Assembly: GCA_947630285.1 (NCBI GenBank)
Contig: CANRHD010000006.1
Coordinates: 23,813-87,812 of the forward strand
Direction: 5' to 3'
Length of the DNA: 64,000 bases
Source: an uncultured Clostridia bacterium
GTDB taxonomy: Bacteria; Bacillota; Clostridia; Oscillospirales; Acutalibacteraceae
The notes below the pieces were generated by a model that had not been told where the DNA came from, made no database searches, and was given only the letters and a program-made list of their open reading frames with translations. This document shows positions 57,224-64,000 of the stretch, piece by piece (position 1 is the stretch's first letter; each line of letters begins with the position of its first letter). A program made the position numbers and the translations under genes.

Positions 57224-57793
57224 CTAACCGAGAATTCCGTCAATGATTCCATATTTCAAGGCTTCATCTGTATCCATCCAGAAATCGCGGTCGCAGTCGC
57301 GAGATATGGTTTGTATATTCTGACCGGTGTTTTCTGAAAGAATTCTGTGAAGCTTATTCTTGACTTTCGTTATGTGCTCAGCGGCAAGCTGAATATCTGA
57401 CGCTTGTCCTTGAGCTCCTCCAAACGGTTGATGAATCATAATTTCGCTCAAAGGGGTAGCGAACCGACTGCCTTTAGTGCCGCAGGACAGGATAAAAGCG
57501 CCCATGCTTGCAGCCATACCGGTACATATTGTGGATACATTACATTTGCAACGGTTAATGGCGTCAACAATTGCGAAACCAGCGCTTACGCAACCCCCGG
57601 GGCTGTTTATGTATATTTTGATGTCATCTGATCCATTGTTATCAAGATATTCTATCTGTGAGATAGTCTCCATAGCAACGGTATCGTTAATTTCGGAAAA
57701 AAGATATATTTTTCTGCTTTTTGTGAAATCATACGACAGAAGGTCTAAACCTTCTTTTCCTGATTTTGAAACGCTGATAACAGACGGTACCAT
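57224..57793 (-). CDS. stand-alone ClpP-family serine protease (accessory copy)
   Basis: 189 aa. 'INSPGGCVSAG', Ser 'GMAASMGAFIL', His 'IMIHQP' and 'DTDEALKYGIIDGI'. No tig/clpX neighbours. Confidence 0.8.
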   Translation of the reverse strand: MVPSVISVSKSGKEGLDLLSYDFTKSRKIYLFSEINDTVAMETISQIEYLDNNGSDDIKIYINSPGGCVSAGFAIVDAINRCKCNVSTICTGMAASMGAFILSCGTKGSRFATPLSEIMIHQPFGGAQGQASDIQLAAEHITKVKNKLHRILSENTGQNIQTISRDCDRDFWMDTDEALKYGIIDGILG

Positions 57794-59443
57794 TTAATTA
57801 TCCTCCTCATCTTCAAGTATGTCAAAAAGTTCATTAAATTTTTCCTCGAGCTCCTTGCGAATATCCTCATCCAATATTTCCTCCGAAGCCTTGTCTGACT
57901 TTTTTCTTTGGCTTTTTTTACGGGCAGCTTCTGTTTTTGACTTCAATTTACTTTGCGGACAAAATGGCTTGTTTGCTTTGCCTATTGAAACATCGCTCAT
58001 CAGATCGACGAAAGAATAAAAACATACCGGTGGGTGTGTCATATCCGGCAACTCGGCTTCTTCATAAGTACAGAAAGTCTCATACTTTTCAATGGAGGGT
58101 AGCGATGTGCAGTATCGTATGTCTGACGAAAGGTTCAAATAAATTGCTTCTTTTGAATACCAGTCTTTTCGCAGAGTCATAAGCTCCGGAACAGATATCA
58201 AAGGTTCCTCATGTCCGGACATCGTTATTTCCGTTGTTCCGCAGCGCCGGCTTATTTCTTCCAGCAATTCAAGTTCCGTAGAGCCCAGAAAAAGTGTTGT
58301 TGTGCAGTTTGTCATCATATTCTTATAATTAGGATAGCGTTTTTTTAAAAGATCAATAGATTGACAGCACAGATAGTATCTGATGTTTCTGCTTCTGTGT
58401 GTTGCAAGCGCTGTGGCTATATCAGGTATGGGAAACGAGCAAAACTCATCTAAGACAAAATTTACTCTGGTGCTGAGTTTTCCTCCCTTTGAATGGAAAG
58501 CTTTTTCAACTAATAAATTTTGAATTTGGGAAATAAGTGTTCCTATAATCGGATCGCATACTGTACTTGAATCATCGGTTATTACATAAATAGCCGTTTT
58601 TTCTTCCGAAAGTTCATCTAATTCAAATGTACTGTGACTAAGCATTCGGGCAAGATGATCGTTTTGAATAAATTTTTGAATAAAACTGGAACATGTGCTT
58701 AAAGTTGACATTAGCGTTTTTTCCGGCTCGGAGAGTACGGTTCGCAGATTCTGCATTGCCGCATTTGCAAGTTCCGACTCCTGATTAACATACTCGTTCA
58801 AATACCCTGCCGTGCGATTTGTGTAATAATCGGCCAGACTGATAAAATTAACGGCATCCGGATTGGGATATGATGAATACATAATAGGGAGTATTCCATT
58901 GTTTGCGGCCATAGCAGTGTTTGGCCAAAACACATCGACCTTGCTGTTTTCAAATTGCTCCTGTGCCAACGCTGCTACAAGATTACTGGACACAGATGTT
59001 GCTTTATCTATTTCTCCGGATCTATACAATTTTGTTGGATAAGATAACGGGTTATATCCTTCTCCGTTATAATCTCTGAAATTCAATACACGAATTTTAT
59101 ACCCCAAATGCTTCAAATAGTTTGCGGTTCGAGCGTACAATTCCCCTTTTGGATCGGTGATAAACATGTTTTCGCCGGCCTTAGCCAAGGTGCATATCAA
59201 CGGCATAAACACACATATACTCTTTTTAAATCCGCTGGCGCCATAAACAATACAATGCGAATCGGAAGCATCAACAAGAGCTTTTTTACCGTCAGATACG
59301 ATTGGAAGACCTCCTTTGCTGAGTGGGCTATCATCCAAGTAGTTTACAGAAACCAGATTTTCCCTTATGTTTTCGTCTGACGACCAATTAGTTTTAGGAT
59401 TTGGATGCGTGTACGCTCGATATATTGCTTCATAACTCTTCAT
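57794..59443 (-). CDS. soluble TraG/VirD4 (type IV coupling protein)-like ATPase
   Basis: 'ITDPKGELY', 'NFVLDEFCSFPIP...LATHRSRNIRYYLCCQSIDLLKKRY' (TraG-D_C-like) and the atypical P-loop 'GASGFKKS'. No N-terminal TM helices. Charged C-terminal tail. Confidence 0.7.
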   Translation of the reverse strand: MKSYEAIYRAYTHPNPKTNWSSDENIRENLVSVNYLDDSPLSKGGLPIVSDGKKALVDASDSHCIVYGASGFKKSICVFMPLICTLAKAGENMFITDPKGELYARTANYLKHLGYKIRVLNFRDYNGEGYNPLSYPTKLYRSGEIDKATSVSSNLVAALAQEQFENSKVDVFWPNTAMAANNGILPIMYSSYPNPDAVNFISLADYYTNRTAGYLNEYVNQESELANAAMQNLRTVLSEPEKTLMSTLSTCSSFIQKFIQNDHLARMLSHSTFELDELSEEKTAIYVITDDSSTVCDPIIGTLISQIQNLLVEKAFHSKGGKLSTRVNFVLDEFCSFPIPDIATALATHRSRNIRYYLCCQSIDLLKKRYPNYKNMMTNCTTTLFLGSTELELLEEISRRCGTTEITMSGHEEPLISVPELMTLRKDWYSKEAIYLNLSSDIRYCTSLPSIEKYETFCTYEEAELPDMTHPPVCFYSFVDLMSDVSIGKANKPFCPQSKLKSKTEAARKKSQRKKSDKASEEILDEDIRKELEEKFNELFDILEDEEDN

Positions 59444-60198
59444 AGTGTAATCTCCTCTTTGCTGATTCGCTGTATTTTTTCCATGTCTTTTTCTGAGATC
59501 AAGTCAAAACAGAAACCGTCCGGGTTTTTAAAATATTTTGCCATCATTTCAGGACGAACAGTTATATGCGTACCAAAAAATGATTTCAAATCATTCTCTA
59601 TAGCAATAACGGTTCTCTTTGTCTTTATTGCATTTTGGGGAATAAAACGGCGAAACAAATTTTCCGTTTGTGTGAGAAAATGAATGTCATGTTTTTCACG
59701 CAAATCTTCAAAGAAACACTTGTATAAATCACATTCGGCAAATGATGCCTTATCAAGTCTTTTAACTTTAAAATACCTTAGTAATACCTCTATTTCGTCT
59801 TCAGTCAATTTGTTTCCGGGCGAGATAAAAATATATTTCCAAATATCTGACATATCGCTCAAAAAAGGCAGGGTAATATCGGAAAATAACTCCTCTGTAA
59901 GGTGTCCTTTCCATTCAGTAATATCAATCACTATATATCCTCTGTATTCATCTTTAAACCGAATATTGCTTCTTGCCGTTTCCTGAAACCGTTTTAATTC
60001 GTGAAAACGATTCTGCTCATACGGAAGACAATACCTGAAAATAAATTTGAAATACAAGCACTCACCGTTAAAGCTGTCCGGTGAAATGCGAAAGGCCTCA
60101 GAACAAATTTGCTCAATTTGATCGTCCAAACTCTCCTCGTCATCTGATAAAAGAATAAAATTCTGTGGAAAAAATTTATTTTTGTAAAATATCGACAT
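59440..60198 (-). CDS. hypothetical protein, first gene of the operon
   Basis: AAAGGAG RBS 5 nt before the ATG at 60198 ('MSIFYKNKFF'). Its stop overlaps the next ATG (ATGA). The ORF-track extension to 60426 would contain the predicted promoter. Confidence 0.55.
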   Translation of the reverse strand: MSIFYKNKFFPQNFILLSDDEESLDDQIEQICSEAFRISPDSFNGECLYFKFIFRYCLPYEQNRFHELKRFQETARSNIRFKDEYRGYIVIDITEWKGHLTEELFSDITLPFLSDMSDIWKYIFISPGNKLTEDEIEVLLRYFKVKRLDKASFAECDLYKCFFEDLREKHDIHFLTQTENLFRRFIPQNAIKTKRTVIAIENDLKSFFGTHITVRPEMMAKYFKNPDGFCFDLISEKDMEKIQRISKEEITL

Positions 60199-60327
60199 AA
60201 TGACTCCTTTCAAAGCATTGTCAACTGATATGTTTCCGTTTTGTTTTATTATGTATAAGCTAAACGGTATCTGCAAAATTTTCTGGAATTTGTTTGTTGC
60301 ATAGACCGTCCTATATTTCTTGATTAA

Positions 60328-60357
60328 ATTATAGTACCTAATTAATCCAGCAAGCAA
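60328..60357 (-). promoter_or_regulatory. candidate promoter of the four-gene operon
   Basis: Minus strand reads TTGCTT, 18-nt spacer, TATAAT. Confidence 0.4.
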
Positions 60358-60579
60358 CTTACTGTTTTTCCAATAAGGTAACATAATCACCCATTTTTTG
60401 TAATCTATATCCAATATTACTAACAAAGAACTTTAGATTTTTTCGCATGGCATATTATAAAGCAGAAAATATTCCTTTTATAGTTTACGGCAAAAGCCAA
60501 TTAGGCATTATTTATTAGTATTGCAATCCAATAAATTATAAATCATAAAAAATATCCGTATTAATTTTTCCAATATATA

Positions 60580-60608
60580 TTGACGGAAGTTCCTATATTG
60601 AATATAAT
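60580..60608 (+). promoter_or_regulatory. candidate promoter of the 1036-aa gene
   Basis: TTGACG, 17-nt spacer, TATAAT, 50 nt upstream of the ATG at 60658. Confidence 0.5.
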
Positions 60609-60657
60609 TATAGTCAAGATTTGCATTAGTCTTTAATAGAGTATAGGAGTGATTTAT

Positions 60658-63600
60658 ATGACGGAAAATTATAGAATGATTAATACAAGTTATGGGGAAA
60701 AATCAAATATAGGAATAAGAAAAAATGTCTCATTAAGCTCAGTTTCGGAAAAGATATTGGTTCACGAAAATATTGCAAAGGCAAAAAGCGGAAAATATAA
60801 TTGCTTTGCTGTCTCTTACCTTTTTGATGACCTTTTTTGCGGAAATGAATACACAAAATTTTTTAGTAAGAAACCACTTATTAAATTAGATGATAGTCCC
60901 TGTGGACATAAAGGAATTCTTTCTTTCATTTTTCCTGACGAAATACTCAAAACAATTAAAGAAAAGGACGATAAACTTAAGCTAACCAAAGAAAAGAAGA
61001 ATACCGCCATTAAAGAAGATCACTATGCCCATTTCCTACAGCTTAAGTATAACGACAATATAATCACAAACTTTATATACGAGGTTTATGCGAAATTAGG
61101 TTGGAAAAAATTTATTAACTTAATACAATGTCACATTGCCGACCAATTAGCCGAAAAAAACTTATGTATTAACCAGGATTTGATTGAATACCTTTCTATC
61201 GTTGGCAATGAAACAATAGTTCCCTATGATACATCGCCTAAATCAAATGAAGAGTTTTTACATTTAATTGAAAAAGGTAAGAATGGCGATAATCAAGCGT
61301 TAATTTTAGTTATTTCCAATTTTTTTATTTCAAGCATTCTTGGACTTAGATCTTTGAATTTTCCCAGTGATACCGGTAAGGGCAAAAAGCCTTCGTTCAA
61401 GACCTATCTGCTCAGTTGTACAGGTATGGAGTGTATTTGGAAACCCGATTTGATCTCACCCCCTTATGAGCGTTTGTTTGATTCTCGAAGACTGTTTGAA
61501 AACGCAAACTACAGGAGTGCAATTAAAACTATTGAGGAGTGGCTTAATGAATACGAACAAGTAGCGTCAAACGAGGCTAAAGCTCTCGCATACCAGATTC
61601 TTGGCTTTTCTCTTTATAATTTAACTTCATCAGATGACAAGGAATTAAATAGCTGTCAATCAAAAGGAACACAATACCTTAAAAAATGTATTGACACAGG
61701 TAAAGCAGATCTGTCTGTTTATTACTCTTTGTATGATTATCTAAAAGAAAGTCTAATGGAAGAGGCTACTGAATATTTAAAAACAGCTTTTGCACATAAC
61801 TATGCAAAAGCTGTTATTGAGGTTGCATTCTTATATTTAAACGATGCGTGTATATTTGACGAGATCACCGAGGAATTGCTTCTTAAAAAAATCAATTACA
61901 TAATTGAAAATGAAAGAAAAAATGATATAGTTGATGTCGGAAAATGCCTTTATTTACGTGGACAGTTTGAAAAAAAATACGGCAATGAATCAAATGCTAA
62001 CCGTGACTTTGAATCGGCCGTAAAAAAAGGAAACGAAAGAGCAAGACAGGAAATCAGCCGTAAGAAGCGTAATGAAAGAAATTCTTTTCCTAAATTTATC
62101 AATAATAAAAATGCGCCGTGTTGTTATTCAAATACCTTTACCGACAACAACTACACTGTAGCTTCTACATTTCCAAGCGGAACTTGGTCAATGTACACGC
62201 CCGACAAAACGGATAAAGAAGGCGTAAATGAAATTTCAGGTATAGAAGAATTTATTGATTTGCAGTGCAAATCTGGATTTAATCATTCAAGATTTGTTTT
62301 CCTTTTTATGAGTCAAGATGAAGATAAGAATTTGAATGAGTGTTTGATTCTGCTGGATAAGTTATTTAACTTTGTTCTAAGCAAATCGGAAGAAGTAAGA
62401 TGGAAAATTATTGATTTGATTGACATTTTTGTAAGCGCAAAATACGAAACGGCATCTATGCTGATTGACGCAAATATCAGTGATATGGGAGATGACATCT
62501 ACTTTAAAGTGCACATCACTGATGCGAACAGAGATACCGTCCATAAACTTCTTTGTGATGTTCCGCTTTTCACGCCGGCATTGAGCGGATTAAAAAAAGA
62601 AAAGTTCACGAAAGTCGTTCTCTTCGGGGATTCGGAAATTAACTATAGCTTCATAAAGGAAAGTGTTGCGTGTGCCTATTTGGGAGAAAAGCATCCCATA
62701 GATATAACTTTGATGGGAGAGAATGCTGAAGTTCTTGAAAACAGATTCCGTCAGGAGTGCCCGGGCATATACAAAGATACTCCTCATATTTCTTGCATAA
62801 TGCCGCAATTCATAAGGTGTAATGTCAAGGAAGCGGACTTTCCGAATTTAATTTACGGTAAAATTCATGACCATATTCTTGATGAAAAAAAAGAACATTC
62901 TATCGATGCAGAAGCAGTTAATGCGCTGCTTGAAGCAAATTACTTTGTCGTAGATTACTCGGATGATCTTGAAAACATTAAATTTGCCTCTGAACTAAGG
63001 ACATGGCTGCTCAGAAGCAGAGGGACATTCGATCGTGCCCCATTTATAGCTGTAAAATGCTCTGATGAACAAAACTCATACCTTGCAAGACATTTAACTC
63101 TTTCAGGACAGGCAGCCGGCAGTTCATACTTCAATAAATATGACTTGTTTCCGATTGGTATCTCTGCACAGACTTATTCGTACAAAAACATTATCGAGAA
63201 TCCGGTATTGAATGAATTTGCTCTTCGCATACATAAGTCGTATTATGATGGCAACGAGAGAAAAGCAGAAAACGATTTTTACAGCTATTCCTACAATTCT
63301 GATTCCTCGCTTTCAACCGCAATTGGATTGTGTTACCGCTTCTTTTCTGCAGGTATAGCATTTAAGGAAAAAGATAGCTATTTGAACTTTAGGTTTTTCA
63401 ACACGCCAAATATCGGTTCCAAATTTGAGGAAGAATATCGGGAAAAGCTTGAGGATTTGGCCGCTTTGGAGCAATCAAGATGGAATGGGTTTATGTTGAG
63501 TCGGGGATGGGAATCAGCAAGCAAAAGCGAAGTACAGGCTTATAAAGAACAATCAACCGGTTTAGCACACAAACACATTCTTGCAAAAAAGCACCCGTTT

Positions 63601-63768
63601 ATCAGAGAATGGGACGCTCTTGATACTTCCAAATTATCTGATTTGTTAGGCATATTGAAATCGAAATTTAATTATGACCGTCAGCCGCAGGTTACAACCA
63701 AGAAAAGTATTGAGGATACATCAAAATTCTTTAGAACAAAATCTAAGGAAAAGGAAAAAATACATTAA
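60658..63768 (+). CDS. large (1036-aa) hypothetical protein: unknown N-domain, Sel1/TPR-like repeats, degenerate Rossmann-like modules, C-terminal RW...GW module
   Basis: AGGAG RBS 8 nt before the ATG at 60658. Sel1-like 'YAKAVIEVAFLYLN' and 'FESAVKKGNERARQEI'. 'KVVLFGDSEINY' and C-terminal 'LEQSRWNGFMLSRGWE...KKHPFIREWDAL'. Confidence 0.6.
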   Translation: MTENYRMINTSYGEKSNIGIRKNVSLSSVSEKILVHENIAKAKSGKYNCFAVSYLFDDLFCGNEYTKFFSKKPLIKLDDSPCGHKGILSFIFPDEILKTIKEKDDKLKLTKEKKNTAIKEDHYAHFLQLKYNDNIITNFIYEVYAKLGWKKFINLIQCHIADQLAEKNLCINQDLIEYLSIVGNETIVPYDTSPKSNEEFLHLIEKGKNGDNQALILVISNFFISSILGLRSLNFPSDTGKGKKPSFKTYLLSCTGMECIWKPDLISPPYERLFDSRRLFENANYRSAIKTIEEWLNEYEQVASNEAKALAYQILGFSLYNLTSSDDKELNSCQSKGTQYLKKCIDTGKADLSVYYSLYDYLKESLMEEATEYLKTAFAHNYAKAVIEVAFLYLNDACIFDEITEELLLKKINYIIENERKNDIVDVGKCLYLRGQFEKKYGNESNANRDFESAVKKGNERARQEISRKKRNERNSFPKFINNKNAPCCYSNTFTDNNYTVASTFPSGTWSMYTPDKTDKEGVNEISGIEEFIDLQCKSGFNHSRFVFLFMSQDEDKNLNECLILLDKLFNFVLSKSEEVRWKIIDLIDIFVSAKYETASMLIDANISDMGDDIYFKVHITDANRDTVHKLLCDVPLFTPALSGLKKEKFTKVVLFGDSEINYSFIKESVACAYLGEKHPIDITLMGENAEVLENRFRQECPGIYKDTPHISCIMPQFIRCNVKEADFPNLIYGKIHDHILDEKKEHSIDAEAVNALLEANYFVVDYSDDLENIKFASELRTWLLRSRGTFDRAPFIAVKCSDEQNSYLARHLTLSGQAAGSSYFNKYDLFPIGISAQTYSYKNIIENPVLNEFALRIHKSYYDGNERKAENDFYSYSYNSDSSLSTAIGLCYRFFSAGIAFKEKDSYLNFRFFNTPNIGSKFEEEYREKLEDLAALEQSRWNGFMLSRGWESASKSEVQAYKEQSTGLAHKHILAKKHPFIREWDALDTSKLSDLLGILKSKFNYDRQPQVTTKKSIEDTSKFFRTKSKEKEKIH

Positions 63769-63773
63769 TAAAT

Positions 63774-64000
63774 TGAACTGCTCCAAACTGTACGGACAGC
63801 ACAAAAGCCCCCTGTGGTAGGGAATATTAAGATTTAAGCAATGAACTGACTTCGCAATTCAAGTGGGGTCAGTTTTGTTTTGAATTGAATACGCTGATGG
63901 TTGTAAAAATAGATGTACTCATCAATGAGGAGGCAAGCCTCCTCATAGGTTTGGAGTTTAACTCGATAAATACACTCTGTTTTGAGAATAGAAAAGAAAT
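63774..64000 (-). mobile_element. IS3-family insertion sequence, truncated by the window edge
   Basis: The terminal repeat begins TGAACTGCTCC at 63774. It contains the 3' end of a transposase gene. Confidence 0.75.
63834..64000 (-). CDS. IS3-family transposase (OrfB/integrase), C-terminal 55 aa only
   Basis: The minus-strand translation ends '...KTECIYRVKLQTYEEACLLIDEYIYFYNHQRIQFKTKLTPLELRSQFIA*', which is the typical rve-integrase C-terminus. Confidence 0.8.
   Translation of the reverse strand, partial: FFSILKTECIYRVKLQTYEEACLLIDEYIYFYNHQRIQFKTKLTPLELRSQFIA

Noticed and set aside
57224-57793. Housekeeping clpP.
   Set aside because: The context is wrong, with no tig or clpX. The gene is AT-rich and translationally coupled to island genes. 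I call it an accessory paralogue instead.
57794-59443. Treating the TraG/VirD4-like gene as evidence for an integrative conjugative element.
   Set aside because: No relaxase, VirB4/TcpF-like ATPase, pilin, intact integrase or oriT-like feature is visible in the island. The protein also lacks the membrane anchor of true coupling proteins.
60199-60426. N-terminal extension of the first operon gene (ORF track start at 60426).
   Set aside because: A strong AAAGGAG RBS precedes the internal ATG at 60198. A promoter-like TTGCTT-18-TATAAT (60328-60357) would lie inside the extension, which is extremely AT-rich.

Overview
This 64-kb window looks like a Clostridia chromosome. The dockerin-bearing secreted proteins point to a cellulosome-producing Ruminococcaceae-like organism, which is inference only. 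Most of it is ordinary core genome. That includes GH51 and GH3 glycosidases, and a long minus-strand operon for a trimeric HydABC-type [FeFe]-hydrogenase with its HydS-like sensor and kinase/PHP/DRTGG accessory genes. It also includes a PdxR-like regulator with pdxK, the metA-hemW-lepA-mrnC-obg housekeeping block, xth, galT, and two tRNAs (Ala-GGC, Thr-CGT). I saw no rRNA and no CRISPR array.

Four accessory or unusual regions stand out:
1. **48.8-64 kb, AT-rich island.** It starts at an IS3-end-like palindrome and ends at a truncated IS3 transposase. It carries a complete Type I R-M system (hsdM, hsdS, hsdR) with a tyrosine-recombinase relic and two orphan ORFs. Next to it is a tightly coupled four-gene operon: an unknown protein, a soluble TraG/VirD4-like ATPase, a stand-alone ClpP-like protease and a 5-TM HExxH protein. 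A divergent 1036-aa repeat protein follows. I consider this operon the best candidate for an undescribed defence or conflict system.
2. **5.7-13.2 kb, LytTR/AgrC-like two-component system.** It is flanked by duplicated ~143-bp promoter modules. One drives an S8 protease-LRR gene, an unannotated 39-aa peptide and a lipoprotein. The other sits by a deletion 'ghost' of the same cassette.
3. **Small repeat elements.** A 280-bp MITE-like element with ~29-bp terminal inverted repeats splits an hxlR-type regulator gene. Tandem tRNA-Ala-derived chimeric units lie downstream of the intact tRNA-Ala, and they share a core motif with the MITE.
4. **Dockerin cluster.** A dockerin-bearing papain-like protease is flanked by two paralogous dockerin proteins that may be chagasin-like inhibitors.

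All functional calls come from motif recognition by eye on the supplied translations. No database search was possible.
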